From the NCBI GenBank assembly GCA_030704615.1, contig CM060733.1, positions 25,730,001-25,794,000 of the forward strand: DNA of 64,000 nucleotides. Reading direction: 5' to 3'. Both the position numbers and the translations under genes were made by a program. Below, piece after piece: positions 1 through 13,500 of the stretch (positions are counted from its first letter, which is position 1; every line of letters starts with the position of its first letter). Under the pieces are notes generated by a model, which worked only from the letters and a program-made list of their open reading frames with translations, ran no database searches and was not told where the DNA came from. Source of the stretch: Takakia lepidozioides (taxonomy: Eukaryota; Plantae; Bryophyta).

Positions 1-2030
1 CTCTGTCCCTACCTTCTTCAGTGATTGATGCCTCGACAATCAAAAATATATAATTGTCCACCTCACTGCAAGGAGCTGACAGTAGTAATAGCGAGGGAGA
101 AAGCGAGGATGAAAATTTGTGACAAAGTTCTCCATGCATCTTGTTTTGTGCTGCTGGAGGCATTCACCTTTCTGCCCTTGTCAAACCATTAACTGGGGTT
201 TGAAACATAATTCTTCCATAGCTCCTCATGTCTATTCTTGCTTTTTGGATGTTTGCCTGCAACTGCAGTACCACTAACATATCAAAACAGTTGGATAAAC
301 AAGAGATCCACCTGGACGTATCTTAGGAGACCCATAAAGAAGTGTGCATGCTCCTAGGGGAACCTTTGTAGCAAGGTGAAAATTTAAAAGGCAGATGGGG
401 CAAACTCACAGTTGTCACCTATTGCATGTGATGGAGGACCAATTAAGCCTAAATAGGCTAAAGAAGAAAGGTACTCCCCACAAACCCTGAATCTAGTTGC
501 ATGATAATTACCTTTAGCTGCAACCAGCCTTTCCAATACATCCTCCACCCACATAGGTTTCTTGTAGCTATCACTCCACATTGCCTGGTTGGTACTCTTC
601 TGCTTGAAATGTGGTCCTCTATGTGGGAGCTGCACATGCACTCCATCCCTGCCTCCTTCAATGGTCCTTGTCTCCGCATGTAAATGCAATATCTTGGCTC
701 TCATTACAAGTAGATGACAATGACCACCGCTAATCTGCTGTTTATAGCAAGCATCCCACTCCTACCTAATGTACACTAGTTCTATCCCGAGAGACTGCAA
801 AAAACATTATGAGAGGAGGGACACAGCATGTCAGCCAGGTCCGGCATGGCTCAGGCATACCCTTTTGGGTATTTGAGACAGCCTGGAATTTCCAGAGTGC
901 TAGGGAACAGAGTGTTAACTAGCGTGCTGGCATTGGCCTCACCCTGAACAGCATGAGGTTGTCCCGACAGTGCTCCATTATATTGCCTCAACTTCAACAG
1001 ATTCGAGTGTGGTTGAGTCAGTATTGAGAAATGGCAGACAAGAGAGAAATAAAATGGTACTTCATAACGTGGAACGCTCCAAGAGCTTATAGAACAATAG
1101 AGAGAAAGAAACAAGAAAGAGAGAGGGGCCCTCCACAAGCAGCCCAAAAGCAACTATTGCTCAAGGGATTGTCTAGAGCAATGCTTCATGCAGGTAAGCT
1201 ACCAAGCATCTCTGATCCTCGTAATGCAAGACCTCTGTGAGGGATTGGGTGTCACGGAATAGACAATTGAATCTCCCACGGATCTCATAGTAGAAAGGGC
1301 AGTGAAAGAAGGAAAGTTCTTCACTTTCGATTTCCTTGTTGTTCCCAGCGCAAGCGGGGCATAGGCGGTCCTCACGTTGCAGGCTTACATGGGCTCAGAG
1401 CAGTAGGAAAGTGCATACAATGCAGGATGACAGTAGAGGGCCATTCATACGGTAGGGTATTGCAGACTGTGGGAGCCCCACCGAACCTCCCCAAAGCGCT
1501 CAGAAGAGAGGGAGATAGAGCTGCAGATAGGCAACCGGGCCGCAAGTTTCTATCGTCACGGAGTACCAAGAATGTCTCCCGATAGAACTGCAGTTTTGTT
1601 GTTAGAGTGGCTGGTTTCCATATCCGCCTGACGTGAAGTTCCAGAAGTTCTCGGCTGATGCATTTCGAGAGAGACCCTTGCCACTACCGTTAATTTGTGA
1701 GAAATTTTTCAAAGCATCTTCTCGACTAGTCTGTCTCTTCTCTAATTAATAGACATTCACCTTATTGCGATTGTCCAACCCTTGACTGGGGTCCGCAAAA
1801 TACTCGTTGCAAAGCTTCTCCACATCTGTAATTTGGATTTTCGGATATTTGCGCTTGTGACCTCCTTGCTCGTTCCCCTCTCCATAATCTGCGCCATCAT
1901 CTACTGTCTCCACTGCCCCGCAAGTTGACCTGAGACTTTTGGAAGCAAATCTCAAGACTGGCAAATGCACAAGGCACCCATAGATTATGGACAAGCCACA
2001 CCACCTTCTTGAAGTTTGAATCGGCAAAGT
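1..2030 (-). pseudogene. 5' part of a sixth PDF-PPR-DYW paralog (gene 0): damaged exon 1 (2027-1761), intron, extra PDF exon (629-384); the main PPR exon should start just left of position 1
   Basis: Inverted paralog of 7300-7960 plus 11150-12001. Exon 1 reads KYPKIQITDVEKLCNEYFADPSQGLDNRNK|gtgaat. Positions 1-26 (rc aatcactgaagaaggtagggacagag) match the sequence just before the gene 2 acceptor. A deletion has removed the in-frame ATG. Confidence 0.7.
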
Positions 2031-2914
2031 GGATTTGATAGGACTGAATGACGTTTAATGAGAGATTGCTTGTGGGGACCTCAAATGAAGTTCTCTTGCC
2101 TACAAGATGTAGTAGACGTTTGACTGTCTTGTTGCAAGCATCTTGGCAGTAAGTTCCGGAATCATCCCGCAAGAATGCATGTAAAAGCGCCCTCCGTGGA
2201 GAGATCAGGCTTTTGCTTCTATGACATGTAGAAATCGCTAGGTAGTAGAGAGACGACCCAGTCAACTATTTACTCGATGGTACGATGTGTCTCTGCCTGT
2301 GATTTCTACGAGTTCATGCGTCGGTACGTGCATCTCAAGCTGTAGACACCTGACATCAAAATTTCTGATTTTTGGCTTCTAGCCGAATCCTCAATTTAGC
2401 TCAACACAAGGATCAAACTAGGCATGCCCAGCATCTACTTGTCAGATAATCAATCAGCACAAATTCTTTCTTTCAACTGCACTCTTTATCACCCTCATCT
2501 TTAAGGTGGCAAACTTTCTTTCTGAAGTATTCTAAACTAGTCAGTGGTTAGTTCTACCCTGTCCCATGAGTGCTGACAGTTTGTGCCCGGTTTACTCTAG
2601 AAATGACAGAAGGGAGATTGAAACTGAAGCTCTCTTCTTTCACTGCCCTCCCCACTATGAGATGCGGTAAAGATACTATTGCCTATTCCAGGACCGCCAA
2701 TCCCTTGCCAAGGTGTTCTACTAAAAGGATCAGACATGCTTGGTAGCATATCTGCAGGTTATGGTACATCTAAGATAATCCCTTGATGAATAGTTGTTTT
2801 TGGGCTGTTTGTTAAGGGCCCCACTCTATTTCTTTCTTTTCTCTTGCAAGTTCTTATGAGCTTCCCGAGGACGTTAGAAGTCCCTTTCTTTCTTTTTCAT
2901 GCATGTTACAAGTT

Positions 2915-5900
2915 TCACCAGTAATCCCCACAAGAACATGCCCCGTCTTGAAAGTGGTGAAAGCGGTTGGCATCCCGTACAACAATTGCTCGACTGGCAA
3001 TTTTTGAGATGAACTTGGTGGCCGTGTGGCAGTCACCACACACACGAAGATTCTTGATGATGCGGAGAGGCATCCCAGGGGATGTGGTAATCAGCCCAAA
3101 AGCAATGGCCAGCTTCTCACTGTGGTAACAGAGAGAAAATTCCTTTTCGTCCTCTATCACATCATGCAATACAAACCGCGTGTCAGGCAAGTACCCTGCC
3201 TCCTTCATCTGCCCAGACAATTTTTCCAGCTCAGCATGGATGTCCTGAATTCGTGGATGTAATTGGTCTCCTAAACTGAATGTGTGCACCTCATTATCCA
3301 CCTCAATGCAACTGCGACCTGGCTCCTTTCTCACACCTCGGACCTGCATCAATTTTCTCACCTTTGCAGTATCATCCCATCTGCCAGCTGCAGCATAGAT
3401 GTTGGACAGCAGCACATAAGTTGCAGCATCCTGTTGATCCCACTTGAGAATGCGTTTTGCCGCACGTTCTGCCACCTCCACATTGACATGAACTCTGCAA
3501 GCACCAAGCAAGGCCCTCCACACCACAGCATCTGGCTCAGTTGGCATTTTGTTGATTAAGTCCTCAGCATCATCCAAGCACCCTGCACGGCCAAGAAGGT
3601 CCACCATGCAGCCAAAATGCTCTACTGTAGGAGTGAGGCCATGATCTCGGGTTAGGGATTCCCAGTAGTGTCTGCCCTCGTCCACTAGGCCCACATGGCT
3701 ACATGCAGAGAGAACACATACAAAAGTTATATCATTCGGCTTGAACCCTTCCTGTTGCATTTGTTTAAATAAATCCAGGGCTTTCCTACCACACCCATGC
3801 TGCGCATATCCTGTAATCATTGTGTTCCATGAGACTACATCTCTTTGAGTCATATTGTCAAACACCTGCTTTGCATCATTTATGCTCCCGCATTTGGAAT
3901 ACATATCCAACAGGGTATTTTCCAGAATGCTATCTTGCACAATTCCACCTTTCAGGATGTCAGCATGCACCAGTCTGCCCTTCTCCAGGGCTGCCAGGCT
4001 GGCACAAGCATGGACAACGCAAATGAATGTGACCTGGTCAGGTTTCACTCCTTCCTGTATCATTTGCTCGTAAGTCTCCAAAGCCTCCCTACCACATCCA
4101 TGCTGGGCATATCCTGCAATCATGGCATTCCATGAGATCGCACTTCTTTGACCCATGTTGTCAAACACTTGACGTGCATCAGTTATGCTCCAGCATTTGG
4201 CATACATGTCCACCAGGGCAGTGTTCAGAATGATATCTGGCTCTATTGCGGCTTTCATGATGTCAGCATGGACCTCTTTGCCCTTCTCCAGGGCTGCCAG
4301 GCCTGCGCAAGCCTTCAGAACACAAACAAACGTGATTTGATTGGGTGTCACCCTTTCCTGTATCATTTGCTCATAGATCTCCAAAGCCTCCCTACCACAC
4401 CCATGCTGGGCATATCCTGAAATCATCGCATTCCATGAGACCACACTGCGTTGAGCCATTTTGTCAAACACTTGACGGGCCTCCTCAATGTTCCCGCATT
4501 TGGCATACATGTCGAGCAGGGCCGTATCTAGTATGGTATCTGGCACAATTCCAGCTTTTTTGATGTCAGCATGGACCTCCTTGCCCATCTCCAAGGCTGC
4601 GAGGCTTGCACAGGCATTAGCAACACAGACAAATGTGACCTTGTCAGGGGTCACCCCTTGCTGAATCATTTGCTCATAGGTCTCCAAAGCCTCCCTACCA
4701 CACCCATGCTGGGCATATCCTGTGATCATTGTGTTCCATGAGACCACACTGCGTTGAGCCATATTGTCAAACACACGACGGGCATCCTCTATGTCACCGC
4801 ATTTGGCATACATGTCAACCAGGGCAGTATCCAGAACAATATCTGGCACAATTCTGGCTTTCATGATGTCAGCATGGACAACTTTGCCCTTCTCTAGGGC
4901 TGCCAGGCTTGCACAGGCATTGACAATGCAGATGAACGTGACCTGGTCCGGTGTCACCCCTTCTTGTATCATTTTCTCATAGGTCTCCAAAGCCCCCTTA
5001 CCAAACCCTTGCTGGGCATATCCTGCAATCATTGCACTCCATGACACCACATTTCGTGTAGCCATTTTTTCAAACACTCTGTTTGCATCATATAAGCTGC
5101 CACATTTACAATACATGTCGATGAGGGCAGTTTCGAGTATGGTATCAGGCACAATTTCGGACTTCGTGATATCAGCATGGACCCCTTTGCCCTTCTCCAG
5201 CACTGCCAGGCTGGCACAAGCACCAAGAACGCAAATGAATGTAACATGGTTTGGTGTCACCTTTTCCTGTATCATTTGCTCATAAGTCGCCAAAGCCTCC
5301 CTACCACAGCCGTGCTGGGCATATCCTGCAATCATGGCACTCCATGAGACCACATTTCGTTGAGTCATACTGTTGAACACTCGATTTGCATCATCAATAC
5401 TCCCGCATTTGGCATACATGTCCACCAGGGTATTCTCCAGAATGATACCTGGCACAATTCCAGCATTCTTAATGTCAGTATGGACCTCTTTGCCCTTCTC
5501 CAGAGCTGCCAAGCTGGCACAAGCATTGAGAGCACAGACAAATGTGACCTTGTCAGGGGTTACCCCTTCCTTTATCAATTGCTCATAGACCTCCAAAGCC
5601 TTCCTACCACACCCAGAGTGGGCATATCCTGTGATCATTGCATTCCATGAGACCACATTTCGTTGAGGCATATTGTCAAACACTTGACGTGCATCATTTA
5701 TGCTGCCACATTTGGCATACATGTCGACCAAGGCAGTGTCCAGAATGATATCTGGCTCAATTCCAACTTTCATGATGTCAGCATGGACCTGTTTGCCCTT
5801 CTCCAGGCCTGTCAATCTGGCACAAGCCTTCAGAACACCGACGAATGTAACCTGATTGGGTGTAACCCTTTCCCGAATCATTTGATCATAAGTCTCCAAA

Positions 5901-6645
5901 GCCTCCCTGCCACAACCATGCTTAGCATATCCTGCTACCATTATATTCCATGTATGCAAATTTCGTTTACGCATTTTGTCAAACACTAGGCGTGCTTCTT
6001 CAATGTTTCCACACTTGGCATGCATGTTGATGAGGGTGTTCAGTAGAAAGATGTTTGGCTTGAATCCACTTTGAATCATATGGGCATGCACCTGCTTTCC
6101 CTGTGTTGGACTTCTCATCTTGATACACTCCTGCAAGAGACACACATAAGTACTGGTTTCTGCAGAAATACCCCTTTGTTTCAAAACGTGCACTGCATCT
6201 TCCAGTTTTCCTGCCTTACATAGGGTCCTCACATGCCCACAAGTGCCAGAAGAGTTCTTGTGGACTCCCTCTCTTGCTCCTCTGACAAAAATAGTCTCAG
6301 TGGAATTGCCTGATTCAAATAACTGTGCTGTCCCTGCTTCCAGTTTGACATCCTCCCATGGAAGTTGCTTGTGTGTATCAACCCACAATGCATCAATGGT
6401 GCATTTGTGCTCGGAACCTGTTTCTCTACGATGGATCTGCACCCACAGTGCATCGCTACCTTCTTCAGCTCATAGTGCTCGTGCAAAGCCATTGAAAATG
6501 AAGCTACAGGGAATTGCGAATTGATGAATGCGTTGGCATTGTCAACTGAGAGAGCATGAGGTTGATGTAGCACTGCTCCATTAGACTGCAATAAATGTAA
6601 AACATGCAAATGTGGTTTTAATGTCAGTCACTGTTGGAGGGGGGT

Positions 6646-6680
<35 letters not shown>

Positions 6681-7080
6681 TCTGGCCACTCTCCTTAATT
6701 TGCGAGAAATTTTTCTAGAGCTTTGTTAGACAACAGGCATTCACCTTATTGCCTCCAACGTCCCACCATTGACTGCGGTCTGCAAAATTCTCGTTCCAAA
6801 GCTTCTCAACGTCTCTAATTTCGCTTTTGAGATATTTGCTTTTGTGGCATCTCTGTTCATTCCCCTTGCCATAAGCTACGCACTCCTCCTGCCCCCCAAT
6901 CAACCTGAAACTATTTGAAGCAAATCTCAACGCAATGCCGCTCCAGAAATGCACAGGGGTCCCGTACAGAGTGTACAGACCAGAGCTTCTTGAAGATCTC
7001 AGCACAGGGTGTGGCTTGCAATTAGCGTCGTCTTGAGGGGGCTTGTGGGTGCCCACGCTCACTACGTCATGCGCTGCCAT
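2915..7080 (-). CDS. PDF-motif/PLS-PPR/E/DYW RNA-editing factor (gene 1); exons 7080-6745 and 6436-2915, about 1285 aa
   Basis: Eight S1 motifs in 101-aa P-L-S triplets, then P2L2S2, E1/E2, PG box KEPGRS, HSEKLA...CGDCH and terminal DYW. Upstream exon ends WWDVGGNK|gtgaat; acceptor gtgcag|ATC is in frame. The main exon is certain, the splice model is inferred. Confidence 0.92.
6648..6677. repeat. (GA)n microsatellite in the gene 1 intron
   Basis: Direct reading. It sits at the intron position homologous to the (TC)n tract hit by the LINE in gene 2. Confidence 0.9.
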
Positions 7081-7510
7081 GCCCGCTCCTTCTCCGAGAC
7101 TCTCTTCAAACAAAGTTACATAATTTGTTAACCCACATCACACCCGCACGCCACCGACAGAAGAGAGGGTGGCTAACTCTGTGCGATCCTGTGCTTGTTG
7201 GGCGGGTATCACATTACTGTGAGGTATGTAAGATTGTTCCATTTTTGGCCGTTTGTTACATCACATAGAAATTTTATTCCGCAACGTTATTTCAGTGGTC
7301 TCAATCCATTTTGCCGATTCAAACTTCACGGTAGTGACTCGCATCCATGGAATTCATTTACCCAACTTCTGCTTCCAGATGCAGCTGTCTCCAACTTTGG
7401 ATCCAGGCAGGGCAACAGCAACAAGTCGTAGTTTGTTGTTGTTTGAAGAAAGTGTTGGGGAGAATGGCCCGGGTCGAGAAGGAGCAGGCACGGCAGCGCA
7501 TGCGGTAAGC

Positions 7511-10500
7511 ATGGCACACCACACATGTTCTCCAGGCGTTACGGGCTGCACTCACAAGCATACCCGACACTTCACTGCTTCCAAGCCTGACCCTGTGCTG
7601 AGAGCTTCAAGAAGGTGTGGCCTGTCCGCTCTCTACGGGGCCCCAGTGCATTTTCCAGCATTGAGATTTGGTTCAAAATGTCTCAGTTCCACTGCGGGGC
7701 AGTGGAGACCAGTAGAAAACTCGGGCGCAGCTTATGTAGAGGGGAACAAGCAAGGAGGCCACCAGCGGAAATATCCAGAAAGCCAAATTACAGATTTGGA
7801 GAAGCTTTGGAACGAGTATTTCGCGGACCCCAGCCAAGAGTTGGACAATCGAGGCAACAATAAGGTGAATACCTGTTTATTTTACAGCAGAAGCAGACAA
7901 GAAGATGCTCTGAAAACTTTTCTCACAAATTAACGATGGTGGCAAGGGTCTCTCTCTCTCTCGTGTCTATTGGGGGACTTCAATGCCCGGGTGGGCAAAG
8001 GGATCCATCAGGACGATATCATTGGACCTTTTGGTGAGGACGAGCTGAATTCTAATGGCAGACGGTTAATTAACTGTCTAGAAGAGCTTCAGCTTTTGAC
8101 CTTGAATAACAGGACAAGAGGTGACCAAGTGCAGTGGACTCGTGAGAAACCCCAAACTGGGGAACGTTCCATTGTGGACTATATCATAATGGACAAAATT
8201 TTGTTCCCCCAGTGTGCCAATGTGTTGATCGACAGAACTGATATTGGTACCTCTGACCACTTCCTGGTTTGGACTGAGATCGAAAGGTGTTTTCCCACCA
8301 CCAAGAGATCTGTGAAACGTTCGATTCGGAAGTGGCGCATTGAAAAATTCCACAATGAGGAGGTCAAGGCTGAGTACGTCCAGGCCTTGCAAGAGGCTCT
8401 CATTTTGTCCAATCGCTCCAAGAACTTCAGTCACGCTCTGTTAACGCAAGAAATGAAGTCGAAAGAGCAGTGGACTCTTGGGAGAGTTTCGTTTCCTCCG
8501 TGGCTGATCATTGGGAGGAAACTAATTGTCTGCGGTAGAGCAGTTAATTGGTGGACCAATGAGATTAAACTCAAGATAGCTGAGAGACGAGCCCTCTATA
8601 AAGAGTGCCGCAATTTGGAAACCAACAGAGAATTGTGGGCGAGGTACTACCAGCTCCGTAAAGATATCAATCAGCTTGTTAGGTCTCAGAAGAAATTATA
8701 CTGGGACAAGTTATACAGTGAAATAAACTCAAACCACCATGGTGGTAATGACAAGAAATTCTGGTTGGCCCTTCAACGTTTGTACAAGCCGAAAAACGGT
8801 CAGCAAGTACAAGCGCTGAAGACTACTAAAGGTGCAGTGGTGACTTCATCGGTTGACATTGTCAAAACCTTTGAAACTCACTACAGTATCCTTGGCAGAA
8901 CTTCTAGGTCTAACAGTGAGGGGTCTTCTGCTGAATGGAGGGACACAGTTGGAAAAACTGTTCCTATGATTCAAAACAGCCCTGATGAACTGGAGTATAT
9001 TTCAATGGCTTATAATGCTCCCATTAGTTCTTCTGAGATTGTGGAAGCAATTGAACATTTAAATGGATATAAAGCTGGTGGACCTGATGGTATTGTCAAC
9101 GAGCTTATCAAGCACAGTGGCGATCCCATGATAGAGGCCCTAGTTCTCCTCTTTAACCTTATCTGGAAGACTGAAATGATCCCCTTTCGCTGGCGACAGG
9201 GGGTCATTGTCAATCTATACAAGAAGGGTGACAGAGAAGAACCGGGGAACTACCGTGGCATCACACTCCTCAATGCTGTTGGCAAGACATTCTGCAGAGT
9301 TATGAGTACTCGTCTCGAGGTTGATCTGTAGTCTAGAGGTTGTTTCCACGAAGGCCAAGCTGGCTTTCGGCGAAACAGGGGCTGTGTGGATCATATCTTC
9401 ACTCTAAGCCAGATTATCCAGGGAAGGAAAAAAGAAGGGAAACCCACTTATGTCTTTTTCCTGGATGTCAAAAAGGCTTATGACACAGTGTGGAGAGATG
9501 GCCTATGGTTCCGCCTCTGGTCTTGTGGGATCAAGGGAAAGATGTGGAGAGTTGTCCACACCAACTGTTAACAGACAGAAGTCCAACTTCTTTGACATAG
9601 ACCAAGGTGTAGCTCAAGGATGTACTCTCTCCCCTCTGCTCTTCAATGTTTTCATCAATCAACTCCTCGAGGATGTGGAAAGTGAGGGATTTGGGTTAAG
9701 GGTGGGTGATACCACCATACCAGCCCTTATGTTTGCGGATGACTTCGCAGGCATAGGGGAGACTCCAACCAATCTCCAGGAGTTGATTGATTGCGCGAAG
9801 AGATACTTTGATCTTTGGGGGCTAGAGGCTCAGCAAATGTGCAGTGGTAGCATTCAACGACAGAGGAGAGGGAGGAAGTGATCTTAAGTGGCAGTGGGGT
9901 AGCCAAGAGATCCCGGTCCTCCCTTCCTACACTTACCTGGGCGTTGAGTTCTCCTCCAATTGTAATTGGGATGCTCGTATCCGGAAAGTTGTTCAAACTG
10001 GCATGGGCAAAGCTCTGGGGCTCACTAAATTTTTCCACTGCAGAGGGGTCAACTCTGAGGTTAAGAAAACCATGCTTTGTCGCGTTATTAGACCTGCCTT
10101 GGAGTACGGATCTGCTATATGGGTTGATAACTCCAACCAGGCTAAGTCTCTAGAATCCATTCAAGTGGGGGTGCTTAAGGAGTGTATGTCAGCATGCTCC
10201 AAAACAGCCAATGTGGCTGTTCGGGGTGAGTTTGGCATTCCGTCCTTAAGCTCCCGACGAGATGAATTCAAGGTCAGATGGTGGGGTCAGCTGCAACATA
10301 TGCCCAACACCAGATATCCCAAGTTAATCGACTCTATATCTTGGAAACAGGACCGCCCTGTCAAACAGGCTAAGTCCTGGCAGAAGAGAGTAGAAGAGAT
10401 CCTCAAGGACCTGGACCTGGATCCGCAAGTCTTGACCCTGCTGGATAAATCTGACTTAGAGGCTGTAGTGTCCTCAGCCATGTCTGTTGCCATGAGATTG

Positions 10501-13500
10501 TCTGATGAAAATGAAGTTAGGCAGAAAACTTCCCTGAACTTGTTTCCAGTCTGTGACATGGGGGAGGACATCTTGGATGACCTCAAGGATCTACCCACTC
10601 TCGGCACTAGACTGAAATTTAAACTCAGGGCAGGAAGCCTACCTTTGAACAGCAAACAGAAGCAGAGAGGAAAGGGAGAGTGCAATTGCCCGTTGTGTGG
10701 GCAATCTGAAGACAGTATTCATTTTCTGATACACTGTCCGGGGTTCTCTCACCAAAGAGACGCTCTCTTCAAATCTATTAAGGGAATTGTGCCTGTACCC
10801 CTGTTTACCAACTTTGAAAGTCTCGAGGCTGAGCCAAAAGCCCAGGCCCTCCTGAGGCCTAGTTTTTGGGCAAATCACACACAGCAGATTGATGCTTGTG
10901 TGAAGGGATTTCTAGAGGATATCTGGAAAACCCGGATTAATTCTTTATATGGAGGTAAGTCTTACTACCAACGTCAGCCCCTGACAGAGGTAGGTTCTGT
11001 CCCTTTTGTTCCCGCTCAAACTGGGCACGGGGTCAATGGCCACAAGGCTACGGCAAACAACGTCTTATGAGTACAATCTCTCTCATGTCTGCTATTTCTC
11101 AATACTGACGGGCACTGCTACCACACTCAATTGTGTCAATTTTGCAATTTAGTGGAGCACTGCTGGACACGGCTGACATTGTCTGTCTCTCCTCTCATAT
11201 CTTATTTTTGCAGTCTTGCGGGATAGAAACTAGTGTACCTTAGGTAGGAGGGGGGTGCTTGCTATAAACATTAGATTAGCGGTGGGCATCTTCATCTACT
11301 GGCAATGAGAGCCAAGACGTATGCATCTAGTTGCGGGGACAAGGACAATTGAAGGAGGCAGGGATGGAGTGCGGGTGCAGCTCCTCCGCAGAGGACCACA
11401 TTTCAAGCAGAAGAGTATCAACCAGGCAATGTGGAGTGATAACTACAAGAAACCTGATGTCTTGGAAAGGCTGGATGCAGCTGCAGGTAATTATCATGCA
11501 ACTAGATTGAGGACTTGTGGGGAGTGTCTTTGTTCATTAGCCTATTTAGGCTTGTTTCATCCTCCACCACATGGAATAGGTGACAACTGTGAGTTTGCCC
11601 CTTCTGCCTTATAATTTTCAGCTTGCTACAAAGCTCCCCCTAGGAGCATACACACTTCTTTTTCATGGTGGGTCTTCTAAGTTAGGACCATGTGGATTCT
11701 TGTGCATCTGAGTGTTTTGATATGTTAGTGGTTCTGCAGTTGCAGACAAACATCCAGAAAGCAAGCATAGACATGACGAGCTATGGAAGGATAATAATTC
11801 AAACCCCAGTCAGCTGTGTAACAATCGGGGCAGAAAGGTGAATGCCTCCAGCAGCACAAACAAGATGCATGGAGAACTTCGTCACAAATTTTCATTCTCC
11901 CTTTCTCCCTCCCCATTACACTGTCAGCTCCTTGCAGTGAGGCGGAGGATTATGCATTTTCGGGTTGCCAGGCATGAATCGCTGAAGAAGGTAGGGATGG
12001 AGTGTGGGTGCAGAGCTATCCTACAGGACCAGATGTGAAGCACGAGAGTGCCAAGGGAGTACTGTGGATTGATAGCTACAAGAAACCTCCATGGGTAGAT
12101 GGTCAACTTTATACATTGGCAGCACAGTTGTTGGACTCTAGCTCTTCCAGTGTGATGGCTGTATGTGAAGGACGACCATGGCAGGAAGTAAAAAACACCT
12201 CTTCTGGCACTTGTGGGGATATGAGGGAACTATGTAAGGCAGGACGACTGAAAGATGCGTTGCACATGCTGAAGCAACGGGAAATTTTGGTAGACTCCAG
12301 TACTTATGTCTGTCTCTTGCAGGAGTGCATCAAGATGAAATGCCTAGCAGAGGGAAAGCAGGTGCATGCTCACATTATCCAAAGTGGATTTAAACCGAAC
12401 ATCTTTCTACTAAACACCCTCATCAACATGCATGCCAAGTGCGGGAACATTGAAGATGCACGCCTAGTGTTTGACAAAGTGCTTGAACGAGATATGTATA
12501 CTTGGAATATAATGGTGGCAGGCTATGCTAAGCATGGGTGTGGTAGGGAGGCTTTAGAGACTTATAACAAAATGATTAGGGAAGGGGGGACACCCAATCA
12601 GGTCACCTTCGTTTGTGCTCTGAAAGCCTGTGCCAGCCTGGCAGCCCTGGGGAAGGGCAAAGAAGTCCATGCTGACATCAGGAAGGCCGGCATTGAGCCA
12701 GATATCATTCTGGGCACTGCCCTGGTCAACATGTATGCCAAATGTGGCAGCATAAATGATGCACGACAACTGTTTAACAATATGGCTCAAAGAAATGTGG
12801 TCTCATGGTGTGCGATGATTGCAGGATATGCCCAGCATGGGTGTGGTAGGGAGGCTTTGGAGATCTATGAGCAAATGATCGGGGAAGGAGTGACACCAGA
12901 CCAGGCCACATTCGTCTCTGTTGTCAATGCCTGTGCAAGCCTGGCAGCCCTGGAGAAGGGCAAACAGGTCCATGATAACATCATTAAAGCTGGAATTATG
13001 CCAGAGATCATTCTGGACACTGCCTTGGTCGACATGTATGCGAAATGTGGGAACATAAAGGTTGCGCGCAGAGTGTTTGACACAATGGCTCGTCGAAATG
13101 TAATCTCATGGAACGCTATGATTGCAGGATATGTTCAGCATGGGTGTGGTAGTGAGGCTTTGGATACATACACACGAATGATACAGGAAAGGGTGAAGCC
13201 AGACCACGTCACATTTATTTCCGTTCTCAAGGCTTGTGCCAGCCTGGCAGCCCTGGAGAAGGGCATAGAGGTGCATGCCGACATTAAGAAAGCCATGATT
13301 GGGCCAGATACGATTCTGGATACTGCCCTGGTCAGCATGTATGCCAAATGTGGGAAGATAAAGGATGCACGGCAATTGTTTGACAGTATGCCTCAACGAA
13401 ATGTGGTCTCATGGAACACAATGATCTCAGGATATGCGCAGCATGGGTGTGGCAGTGAGGCTTTGGAGACCTATGAGCAAATGATACAGGAAGGGGTGAC

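Noticed and set aside
2915-3330. Possibility that the DYW domains are U-to-C (DYW:KP) types
   Set aside because: All five have a PG box (KEPG/KDPG) and DYW/EYW ends, and four have HSE, i.e. the canonical C-to-U type.
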